NCBI RefSeq assembly: GCF_009834535.1
Contig: NC_045705.1
Coordinates: 56,482,001-56,546,000, forward strand
DNA length: 64,000 nt
Direction: 5' to 3'
Origin: Camelus ferus
Taxonomy: Eukaryota
How positions within the stretch are numbered: position 1 is the first letter of the stretch; every line of letters begins with the position of its first letter. This document shows positions 50,901-61,604 of the stretch, in pieces. The notes beneath the pieces were generated by a model. That model was not told the DNA's origin. It ran no database searches and was given only the letters and a program-made list of their open reading frames with translations. The position numbers and the translations under genes are program-made.

Positions 50901-52229
50901 TTCTTCCATACATTTTTCTATGTATCTCTTTGTATCTGTGTTAAAATAATAAAAAATGAACATATTCATAAATATAGGCAGACACATATGTAGTGTACAT
51001 TTAGAAAATGTGGAATGCATTAATCATAGAGTGTAGTATGTACCATCACCTAACTTGTCCATGACTTGCATGAGTAAGTTGTGAAAGGGCCGTATGGGTA
51101 AGTGTTACTCCCTGAAAAGGACCATTGGCCGTGGACACTGGAGGTGGGGTTCCTATTCTTGACCAAGGATAATCCACTGGTATGACACTGGCTCTTGGGC
51201 AGGGGAAGTCCATGATGGCCTAGGGAGCTGCCCTACTGTAGCCAACTCCCTGAATGGTGGAACCACAACATGCATTTTTCCTGGTTCCGTTCACAGCAGC
51301 ATGTTATATTGGAAGATAAAATAGGTTCTGTGCTAGACCCAGAGAATGTGACCAGGAACCACTGCATGAACCCAAGGCAACACCATTAGATTTGAAAAGA
51401 TTTTGCCCAAGAAAAACATACCATAGAGATGGAGTCTAAGCAACTCCCCGAAAGCCGCTGTGCATGTAGCACAAATGCAGGACAAGCGTAGAGATTGCTC
51501 ATGAGCTCATCCTGAGTACCGTGGAGTAGTAGTTTGCCTTAAGAAGTTGTCCCACATGTGTGTTTTCCCTTCACCTACTCTGGGTCTTTGAATCCGTATT
51601 TCAGCCTGAATAGTGCTCACAAAACCCCAGTGTCATCCCACCTCGTGCCCCTGCTTCTTGCTTAGAAACAACACAAGCCACTACCTCTACCACAGGCTAT
51701 TGAATGAGTTGCTGTGTATAAATGGATTCAAGCCATTCACATAAAACACTCTCAGGATTAAAACATATTTAGACATGTATTTCTCAGCCTAAACAAACAA
51801 AAATAAAATTTTATAAATAAAAGGAGTGACTCAACAAACATTAACTGGTGCCTATTGTAAATTACCAGAACTAAGCTTAGGTCTGGAGATAGAGAAAGAA
51901 ATATCATGTTCCTCTCTCTCAAGGAGTCCATGCACTAGAGTAGGCAAAAATTAAGCAGTTAAAATGCATTGTGATCAATTAAATAGAAAGCACTGTGGAA
52001 CGATGTGCTTTCTTGTGGAATAAAGGGCAGTCACTTCGCCCAGCTGGGAGTGAGAGAACGTGTCCTACAGGAGCTGATTCCTGGGCTGGATGTTGACAAG
52101 TAGCAAGAGTTAGCCAGGTCAGGGGCTTGGGAGGAAGCAAGTAGCCAATCTGAGAAGTGAAGAGGAGAGGCAGGAGATGGTCCTTAAGCGATAGGCAGGG
52201 GAGACCAGCAGGGCCTTGGATGTGCAGGT

Positions 52230-52885
52230 GCTCAGGAGTTGCCATCCCAGTATTTGCCTCCGTGGAATATTGATTATTTTGAGCTGAGGGTGCTTGAGAA
52301 ACGGCAGATGCAAGAGGGCTTTCTGACCTAGCCCTTTCCACCTAAAATCAGGCCATCAGTTTCCCATGAGAAAGGTGCTCTTCCTGTACCAGAACAAGAA
52401 TATCCTTGTGTCCAGAGACTGGGCCTCAATGCTGAAGTGGGTCTGTACAAGCAAGTTCACTAAAGTAGCCCGTATCTGCACTCGTTCCCGCCTCCCTCCA
52501 CCGTGTGTCTTCTAGTCACTTCCCCACAATTTACTGCGCCTAGCCCAAACCCCTTTGTCTTGTCATTTCTTCACAAATGTGCCATTTCTTTGCCTAAAAG
52601 ATGTAAAAGCATCAAAATTCATCAAATTGTACATCTGAAATATGTGTAGTTTACTGTACAGGAACCATACCACAGTAAAGGTGTTTACAAAAGAAAAAAA
52701 ATACATAAAAGCTATTTGCTCTGGTCCCTTACTCAGGTCTTCATTATCTTGTGAAGGTCCCCATGCACATGTAAACATTTAAAAATCTTGTATACTTTTC
52801 TGTCTGTTTACTCTGCCTCATGTCAGTTTGATTCTTAAGCTCAGCCAGAGACCCTGCAAGGGTAGAGGAGAATTTTTCCTCCCCC
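52230..52885 (+). mobile_element. Ancient ERV1-type LTR (MER31/MER67-like), interrupted
   Basis: gttgccatcccagtatttgcc...ttattttgagctgagggtgcttgagaaa at the start and cagccagagaccctgcaagggtagaggagaatttttcctcccc at the end. Family assignment from memory. Confidence 0.55.
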
Positions 52886-53300
52886 CCAGATTCCACACTA
52901 GAGATTTGGACATTAACCTGATGTTCAGAGGTGGCTGGCTGAGTGTTAAGGAGTAGAAAGTCGTGATCTGATTTTGAATTTAGAAAGTAAATTATACTGA
53001 TTTTGACCATTAGGATTTTGGTAGGTGGACTCAGACTCAAATTAACTAGACTCAAATTTTGGAAAGTAGCAGCATCACTAATGCGTCCGAACATTAGAGG
53101 CCATCATTTGATCACATCCTGCTGCCACGTTTCCCATTATAAATAGAGACAGTCAAGTAAGTGAGATTTATCACACAGTTTATTCCAAGTAATTGTTAAG
53201 AGCATATGTGCTGTTTTAACTACTTAAGATTAAAACAACCTCATTTTTAACGAATTAATTCAACAAATACTTATTAGATGACTATTATGAGCTGGACATT

Positions 53301-53586
53301 TGTCGGCAGTCTTAAGTGAGTAGGCCGTGGGACCCAAGTCAAAGTTCACAATAACTTGCATGTGTATGAGGTAAGAAGTAAATGTACGCATGCGCTAGTA
53401 GCATGAGTCAGCATTATGAACAATACGCATGCGCAGGCACAATAAAAGGACAAGTGCATACACCTGAGGGCATGCCACCCACTTGTACTGCAATGAAGTG
53501 TTGTTTTGCTCTATGTCAGCTCCTTGCGCCATCCAGTTAGGCAGCTCGCTTCCTCGGATCCCTCTCCAGCCCCACGGCGGCAGACA
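53301..53586 (+). mobile_element. Solo LTR, family A (286 bp), with 5-bp TSD ACATT
   Basis: Termini TGTC...GACA; ACATT at 53296-53300 and 53587-53591; clearly homologous to 60187-60471. Orientation inferred from a TATA-like ATAAAAGG followed by a polyA-like motif. Confidence 0.8.
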
Positions 53587-54249
53587 ACATTATGCTGGAT
53601 ACTAGGTAACTCGGCAGGCAAAAGCACCTAGAACAACTACCCTCCAGAGCTTTCAATCTGACAAGGAAGAAAGAGAACAATCAGCTTATCAAACAAATGT
53701 ATTCACTTCCATGTGTGCCTTGGGATTTCTAAGGAAAAGTTGTTTGAGACTTGGTGGGAGCATAGGCTTCCTAGGTGGAAATAAGTTTAGGCTGTGACCT
53801 GACAGCTGAATAGACCATTTACAAAGTGTTTGTGGGTGAGGTGGAGACCGAACTTTGAAGGGAGAGACACAGCCGTGTGCAAAGACATCAAGGCTAGGTA
53901 GAGAATGGTACCTTAGAAGGACTAAGAGGACTACAAGAGCCCCAGGACGTCCTTCTGACAGGTAAGATTAGAACCGTTTTCATTTTTCTTTAAACAAGGG
54001 AAGTCACTGAAGTGTCTAAGCAAGGGTCACTTGTGATCTGATTTGTGTTTTCGCAAGTTCTATTCCTTTGCACTGAGACCTAGAGCAGAACGGGGCAGAG
54101 CAGTAGCAGAGACTTGGGTGCGTACTGCATGCAGAGTTAGGGAGCGGCAGGTAGTTCCTTTAAGATACCTGATTTTGAAGCACTGTAACCTCGGACCTGA
54201 ATTGTCCTGGTGTTGGCTCTCTTTTGTGTAATTTCTAGGGCTTTAGTGT

Positions 54250-54790
54250 TCACGGTGTGGCATCTCAGCCTGGCTGCTCTGGTGTCATCTGGGAGCTTGT
54301 TAGAAATGTGCAATCTTGGATCTCACTTTGGTTTAATGAATCAGAAACTGCATGTCAGGAAGAGCTGCAGGTTAATTGAATACAGGTGATTAGAGTAACA
54401 CTGCTTAAGGTACAAGACTCAAATTAGGTTGCATGTTAGGGACACCTGGCTAGTCTGAGGAACTGTTTCTATCTAGTTCCCACCACCAGAGACCCAGATT
54501 TAACTTTTCCCTGAATCTAATGATTTTGAACAAGTCCCCAAGAACTTCTAATGTACAGTGGATGTACATAAGAAGTAAAGATGGGACTTTCAGAAATGTC
54601 TCCCCTATGACAGTTGTTCTCAAAGTTTGGTGGCCAAAGGAATCATCTGGAGGGCTTTTCATAATACAGATTTGGGCTTCATCCCCAGAGGATCTAACTC
54701 AGTAGGTCTGGGTCCATATTTTATTACTTTCAAGTTCCTACCTGATGCTGAAGCTAGTGGTGTGGGGACCACCCTTGGAGAAGCACTGCT
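54250..54790. mobile_element. Cluster of MER5-family fragments
   Basis: catctgggagcttgttagaaatg, gaatcagaaactgcat, cagttgttctcaaagtttgg...gaatcatctggagggctt...ctcagtaggtctggg. Confidence 0.65.
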
Positions 54791-55119
54791 TTAGAGCGTA
54801 TAGTGATTTTGGAAAATTTGCAATTAACAATCACCTTCCATAAGACAGGCATGAAAAATACAGCCTGTTCATAGATTTTGTCCCTGAGCAGCCATAAAAT
54901 CTTTTGTTTATCTATCCTTTTTGTTTGCTATTTTTTGTAATTTCTAAGTCTATAACATTCACTTAAAATTATGACACATGTGAAAGTAAAAATAATTTAA
55001 AATGTATTACATTTCTGAATGGAAATGCCCAGACCAAGCTGTATTTGAAGGCTTAAAAAGTAGGCAGAAGCTTGCATCAATTCCTGGATTTTCTTGAGAA
55101 TCATGATTTTAAGAGCATC

Positions 55120-55600
55120 TGTCAACAACAGAAAAACAATGCAGGAGGCTGCAAATAAGAAAAGAGTTTATTTGGGGGTAATAAGAATTCCAATTCAGTA
55201 GACACAGTTTCAAGTATCTTCAAATGACTGTTCCAGGGAAGAGAAAGTGTCAGGGGCTTGCAAAGAAAAAAGCCATGAAGTTACAAGTTGCTTCACAAGA
55301 ATCAGGATGGACCCTGATGCAAATATTTCTCTCTTTAAGGAGAAAATATTTGTCCTTAAAGTATCAGGAGCTATTTTAGGGGAAATTTCTATAAGTAGAT
55401 CAGCTGTCACAAGTTATTTTTAGGTTAAGAGTCCAGTAAGTATCTTGAGTAACTAGCAGATGTTCTGGATGACCTCATCAGGTCTAAAGGTCAGATTCTA
55501 TCCCAGCTGAGACATGCATAAATCACACTTCCTCAGTGGCCTCCTGGTTCCATTTTAGAGCTGTCTCTTAGCAATACTGTGAAGACTTTGGTTTTCCTTC
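55120..55600 (-). mobile_element. Ancient LTR (MER34/MER39-like)
   Basis: aaaagagtttatttgggggtaataagaattccaattc...ccattttagagctgtctc blocks. Family uncertain. Confidence 0.45.
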
Positions 55601-55774
55601 CAAATTTGAAATGCAAAAAAATGCTAATAAAGCAGGGAGGTAGTCCAGAATGTGATGTTTATATTAGTGACCAATTTTATTAATTTAGGGGCAAAGCTTG
55701 CACAATCACCCTATGATATACACACATACATTTCTAGATTATCCAAATATATATGAAAGTTCTGGAATACTACT

Positions 55775-56010
55775 TGGCCTTAAAAAATAATTAACAATGC
55801 CATTTGCAGCAACATGGATGGATCTGGAGATACATTTTAAGTGAAATAAGCCAGAAAGAGAAAGAAAAATACTATATATCACTTATATTTGGAATCTAGA
55901 AATAAAGACAAATGAACTTATTTACAAAACATAAACAGACTCACAGACAGAAAACAAACTTATGGTTACCAGGGGGTGAAGGGAGTGTGCAGGGATAAAT
56001 TGGGAGTTAT
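55775..56010 (+). mobile_element. L1 3' fragment
   Basis: aatgccatttgcagcaacatggatggatctggaga...aagtgaaataagccagaaagagaaag...gggataaattgggagtt. Confidence 0.85.
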
Positions 56011-56465
56011 TCTGCAATAAAAATATATATATACAAAAAAAGTGCAACTATACTTGTAATTATAGGTATAATTGAATTGGATGTAAGTTCTAAATTTTGA
56101 AACAGATTATCCAAACAAATTCATGAACATTTCACTGCAGTGTAACAACATTTTTACAGTCAGCCCAGTTGACTTAATCACTAGGCTAACTGTAGAAATT
56201 TGGTCAATCTCAGACCTCATCCACAGTGCAAAACAACACAGCCAACTCCAGATTTCAAAAACTCCTGCTGGGTGCTGTTGAGATGTAGTGGTTGAGTCAA
56301 TCCAATCAATTCCATTGTTCTCATAATTAGATTAGAACTCACCAACCCAGATTGAATCAGTAAAGAACTAGGTATTTCTCCTGCACAGTTTTTATGTGAC
56401 AGAATTAACTCTCCTTACCAGTTAATGTCTGATTCAGAGTTTTTAAGTCTGTAACACTTGTTTAG

Positions 56466-58460
56466 TCAACTATGGAAATGAGTAGAAAAAAAGTAATACA
56501 AATATTATATTCTGAGTATGAGGTGCTCAGACAGAGTTGTATTTGAAGACATGATAAAGGAGGTGGCATTTACCTGGCTCCCTCCAGTGTCATTAGGAAT
56601 TGAAGAAAATCAAATGGAGAAAATTTGATGTTTCTGTAACTTGTGAGCCACTATCAGCAGGGATGATTTCCAGAAGTTGCTATTGACACTGGTGGATCAT
56701 TTTATTAATTTATGGGCAGAACTAGGGATATCATGCTATGATTTAACAAAATTGTACTTCTAGAGTATCCATCATACCTAAAAAAAAAAAAAATGACCAG
56801 CAACCATTGTAATTCTTTGTATCATTGAATTAGGTGTACATTTAGAAATTTCTAACACCTTTTCCACATGCATGTCCTCAGGTCATTGGAGTGGCCCATG
56901 CAACTGCAATGGTCTGGTTGTTTTGCCCACATTAATACCAGCCCCAAACACACCTCAACTGACAAGGCTGACCAATTTAAAAATGCTTCCAGTTAGTACA
57001 CAAACGCTTGTGAATAATGAGAGATTTGGATGATTTAATCACTGGATTATTTTGAAGATAGGACTAGGTTCTCCAGTCAGAGCCCACAGTCTAAAAGCTT
57101 TCACTAAAGAGCTAACAACAGCCATCAGTGAAGAGAACTGCTCCCCCCAGCTGCAGAGGTGACCAAATATAAAACTAGTTTCTGTTACTCTAACTATGCT
57201 AGTTGGAAGAAAAAAGATGTCCCCAGGTGATCATCACCCTGGCTTCAGAGTCCCCTACGCCACTGAAGACCATCCTTCTAGCTGAAGAATCAAGTGACTG
57301 GCATCCGGCCCTCGTCACCATGCAGAGTGGCTGTGGCATGTATGAGTAACGTGGACAGGAGCATGGAGGCCCACGGCATTGTCAGGGTGAAAGGGTTCAG
57401 TATCAGGTCTTTTGGAGCTACATCCCATGTGAGGCCTTCGGGACTGGCACCCAACCATTCAATCAACTGTGCCAATAGAGGGAAAGCAACTAACAGTACA
57501 TGTATTCTGAATGTGGAGTGTTCACACAGAGCCCTACGTGGCAACATGATAAAGGAGGCAGAGGCTGCCTTGCTCTGCTCCCTCCCAAATCATTATGATT
57601 TGAAGGAAATCAGATGGAGAAAATGCAGTGTTCTTTTAACTTATGAAACACTATCAGCAGGGATGTTTTCCAGAAGTGGTTTTTGACACTGGTGGATCAT
57701 GTTATTCATGGGCAGAACTATGGATATCTTGCTAGGATTGAACACAATTCTAATTCTAGAGTATCCATTGTCTGTGGGGGGAAAAAAGTGCTATAAGCAT
57801 TGTGATTTCGTGTCTAACTGATTTAGGTAGGCTTGGAAATTTCCAGCACCTTTTCCACACATGTCCTCAGGTCACTGGAGGGGCTGGTGACCAGCCTGCC
57901 TGTAGCCTAGTTGTTTGCCTAACATCAGTAGTAGCCCCAGACCCACAGGAGTGGGACTGGGCTCACTATAGATTGCAAAATGCTCCCTGGGGTAGCTACA
58001 CCCTTGCAGAGCATGAGAGGTTCGGGTGATTGAATCTCTGGGGTGCTCTGAGGACCAGACAAGTTTCTGTGGTCACAGCCCATGATGTTCACCCAATCAA
58101 TCGAGAGCTAACATAATCAATCCATCTGGAGCTAACACCATCAATCAAGAGTTCTCCACCCACTGCCCAGAGGTGACTCCACATAAACCCACATCTCTTT
58201 GACCCTTGGCTAGTTGGCAAGAAGAGTTGGACCGGGGACGGTCATCTCCCTGGCCTCAGAGTCCCCTCGGACCCTGAGGCCCACCTGTCTGGCTGGAGTC
58301 CAAAGTAGCCGCCATCACCATGCCCTCTTCCCCACTCAGGGTGGCTGTGGTGTGCATGAGTAACATGAACAGGAGCATGGAGGCCCACGGCATCCTCAGG
58401 AGGAAAGGGTTCAATGTCAGATCTTTCGGAGCAGCATCCCAAGTGAGGCTCCCGGGACAG
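56466..58460 (+). repeat. Old head-to-tail tandem duplication, unit about 1.0 kb (about 56466-57460 and 57463-58460)
   Basis: Colinear anchors: tcaact (56466/57463), acatgataaaggagg (about 56551/57544), cactatcagcagggatg...ttccagaagt...ttgacactggtggatcat, tctagagtatccat, cagaggtgac, gctagttgg, cagagtcccct, and ATG (57320/58320). Confidence 0.9.
57320..57456 (+). pseudogene. Truncated, frameshifted 5' fragment of the SSU72-like gene
   Basis: The ATG at 57320 is followed by a ~14-nt deletion relative to the intact copy. The shifted frame reads RVAVACMSNVDRSMEAHGIVRVKGFSIRSFGATSHVRPSGLAPN and then homology stops. Confidence 0.9.
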
Positions 58461-58904
58461 CCAGGCAACCCTCCAGTGATTTACGATTTCTCGGTGACGT
58501 ACGGGCAGATGCGCAAGGACCTTTACCGGAGAGACCGAGAACGCTATAGAAGCAATGGCGTCTTGCACATCTTGGGAAGAAATGAGAAAATCAAGGCCCG
58601 CCCAGAAAGATTTCAAGAGTGCAGAGATGCCTTCGACGTCATCTTCACCTGTGAGGAGCGCGTCTACGACAGGGTGGTGGAAGACCTGTGTGCCCGAGAA
58701 CAGGACACCTGCCAGCCGGTGCACGTCATCAACGTGGACATGAAAGACACCCTGGAGGACGCCACCCTCGGGGCGTTGATCATCTGTGAGCTGTGCCAAC
58801 GCCTCCAGCAGGCGGACGACGTGGAAGGCAGTGTGGCGGAGGTGCTCCTGTCAGCGGAGGAGAAAACGGGAAGAAGCTTCCTTCACACCATCTGCTTCTA
58901 CTGA
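58320..58904 (+). CDS. SSU72-like RNA polymerase II CTD phosphatase, intronless retrogene (194 aa; SSU72L family)
   Basis: Full-length ORF MPSSPLRVAVVCMSNMNRSMEAH...SFLHTICFY, the same length as SSU72. It keeps C12-x5-R18 and D140/D143, has no introns, and has a Kozak context gccatcaccATG. Motifs such as ILRRKG and HILGRNE resemble the recalled human SSU72L paralogues more than parental SSU72. Confidence 0.93.
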   Translation: MPSSPLRVAVVCMSNMNRSMEAHGILRRKGFNVRSFGAASQVRLPGQPGNPPVIYDFSVTYGQMRKDLYRRDRERYRSNGVLHILGRNEKIKARPERFQECRDAFDVIFTCEERVYDRVVEDLCAREQDTCQPVHVINVDMKDTLEDATLGALIICELCQRLQQADDVEGSVAEVLLSAEEKTGRSFLHTICFY

Positions 58905-59476
58905 GGCTCTCGGCTGGTTTGGGTTCCTTCCGCGGTCAGACCTTGTGCGTGGACTTTTAGACTAGTCTGGATTTTTTGACAAAAGTGTCTTGAAAGCCCT
59001 TTCCACTAAAAGCCATTTGTATGATTTTTCAGGTTTTTCAAGAAATAGACCAGAAAAGCATTTTATGGGAAAGGGAATGTGGACTACCAGTAGTCATCAA
59101 AACCCTTCCAGTGTGGGGGACAACTTTTTATGGATTTTACCTTCAAGCAACAATTCAGTGCTCACATTGCTCTGCAAGGAAGTTACCATGAAGGACTTCC
59201 ATTTTCCAGATGAAGAAAGCAAGGCTTATAATGAAGTGCTGGACAAGTGATTTGTTGAAAATTATTCAGAAAAAAAACAGTGTCTATTCTATCATTTTAT
59301 AACAATTTCCTTTTGCTCATTTTGCATGATATATTAATTATAAAAGGGTGAGTTTTTTGTGAGATAGGAATGTATTGAATGCCTGAAGGTATAGATGCAT
59401 TTATTTTTAGATTATATGTCTTTAACAAATGCCATCTTCACTGGAAACTCAGGGTTGATCATCTGCCACATGTTAT

Positions 59477-60074
59477 TGAGACAGGAAGGGGGAAGGGCAC
59501 AGCTGGTCAAGGAATAGCACAGCAATTAACACCAGAATGGCGGAAGGTTCAACCCCTAGTAGGCCTTGAGGCTCAGGACGGAGGGAGATTTGACTTCTAG
59601 TAGACAGTGAGCTTCATTATACTCCTATTGTAATATATTAACATGGTGAATAACATGCCCACAGGCGCCATGACAGTCCCAAGGCTGGCCTCAAGAGGTC
59701 AAAGAGTGGGAAATGGCCAGTTTCCTGGGAATCCCAGCCCCTTCCCCAGACAAGTTAGACTGGTCCTTCCACCTTACTAAGATATAAAGCTACCGAGCCC
59801 ATAAAAACTGGCCTTCAGGAACAGCCCGCACTTTGTCTATGGAGTATGTACATACTTTTACTCTAAGCTGAGCACCCAAACCCCACACCTTATGGCCTTT
59901 CTCTTGCCTTCTGATGTATCTCTGTAAATAAATCTACCTGTATTCAACTGTGGCTCACTCTTGAATTCTTTCCTGCGCGAAGCCAAGGACCCACACTTGG
60001 TGGGGCACGTCCCAGGGACTCAACCAAAGCCTGGGACATGGCCCTCATGCCCCACATCCGTTTTTCCTGCATCA
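59477..60074 (+). mobile_element. Solo ERV1-type LTR, family B, with 4-bp TSD TTAT
   Basis: Runs TGAGACAGG...CCTGCATCA; TTAT at 59473-59476 and 60075-60078; AATAAA at 59927-59932; ctcttgaattctttcctgcgcgaagccaag block typical of ERV1 LTRs. Confidence 0.85.
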
Positions 60075-60186
60075 TTATGACTAAAATCTAGGAATTATCT
60101 GTTCAATTAAATAGTTCATCATATGAAATGAAATAAAAACATCTAATTTAAAGAAAAGGTGTATTCTTGTTTCTGGTAGGGGAAAG

Positions 60187-60471
60187 TGTTGACAGTCTTA
60201 AGTGAGTAGGTCGTGGGACCCAGGTCAAGGTTCACAATAACTTGCACATGTATGAGGTAAGAAGTAAATGTACGCCTGCGCCACTAGCACGAGTCAGCAT
60301 TATGAACAATACGCATGCGCCACTAGCATAATAAAAGGACAAGCGCGTACACCTGAGCACGCACCGCCCGCTTGTACTGCAGTAAAGTGCTGTTTTGCTC
60401 CATGTCGGCTCCTCGCGCCTTCCAGTTGGGCAGCTCACCTCAAATCCCTCTCTAGCCTCCCTTGGCTGACA
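60187..60471 (+). mobile_element. Solo LTR, family A (285 bp)
   Basis: Termini TG...CA; colinear with 53301-53586; flanks unrelated to those of the first copy; TSD degenerate (GAAAG/GATGG). Confidence 0.75.
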
Positions 60472-61604
60472 GATGGATTATGACAACATGAGCCCCTTGG
60501 TTTCTTACTGTTAAAGCTCTATGAGTGACATGGGGAAAAGCACTCTCTCAAAGGAGAATTTTATTAAACTGAAAATGTTCATGATTTGGATATTGGGGTC
60601 CTCGGAAAGTGGATCCTCACTCCTGGGAAGTGAAACGTTGGTGATGATCAGCAGTGTCACCAAGGCTTGTGTGATTTCCAGGAGGAAATAAAGACAGGTC
60701 GGTGACAGAGTTGAAGGAGTTCACTTGCTGTGTAAGGAAGCAGATGTCAGCTTGCTTTATGGCGTGTAGCCAGGGTGGAGCAGGGGTGGGCCTGGAGGGA
60801 GCAGCTAGTACAGTCATTCTTGAGAAGACGAGGGGCCTGGGAGTCGGGTGGATGGCTCTCGACAGGCGGAGTAGATGGCCTCTATGATCGTGCTCCTTAT
60901 GGTGGCTATTCGCCTTTTCTCCATTCATCCCTTGCTTGAGCAGTGTCTGCTTCACCTCTGCCTTTCTCACATACCTACATATTTGCCCCAGGCCCAGCTA
61001 ATGACTGTTTTAGCTTTAGATCAGAACTCTCCTCTCTGCTTATCAAAGGGGCAGTGTGGGCTGTGCTTCTCGGCTGGTCTCCCTGTGAACTGTTGAAGCA
61101 ACCTGAGGTCAATTCTTCTTGTAATCGGTACCCTCCCCCTGCTTCAGGGCATGAAGACTGCAGCTGTGTCCGGCCCCATTGTCAGCAGCACTTGGTCGCG
61201 TTTTGCTCCCGGACCTTGCTTCAGACATGTAAGTACCACTATCTGTGAAACCATTTATGTCTCCGTCCCTGACTCTGGGCTCTCTTTGGTCCTGAAGCCG
61301 TGCAAGTACAGGTATTGCAGACCTGTGTGGGGTAGCCCAGCAGTGTCGGGTCATGGAGAGCTGCTGGAGTTGAAATGACAGGACTTGGTGAAGAGGAGAG
61401 AGAGGGGAGAATTTTGAATCGCTCTCAGTTTTCTGTCTTTGACCACAGGCGTACAGGTCCACATACCTGCATGTGGCAGTGCTGGTGGTGGGTGGTGAGT
61501 GTTCTTTCCGGCTAGATTCACTGTCCTTTCTAAGTTTCTTAGCGGATGGTGGGTAGTCCAGGTCAGGATCGGGAAGGGACAGGGATCACTTCAAAATATG
61601 GGAA

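Noticed and set aside
51050-51600. Possible additional OR pseudogene
   Set aside because: No OR motif (LHxPMY, MAYDRY, SY, KAFxTC, PxxNP) could be assembled in any frame.
53301-60471. The two family-A LTRs as ends of one provirus or composite element that captured the SSU72-like gene
   Set aside because: The upstream LTR has its own perfect 5-bp TSD (ACATT), so it is an independent solo LTR. The interval contains ancient L2, MER5 and L1 pieces and no gag/pol/env.
60600-61460. Possible degenerate ERV pol/RNase H remnant on the minus strand (FTDSGTY, LLRLSRAIHP)
   Set aside because: The similarity is too weak to support by eye. A tBLASTn or Dfam search would be needed.
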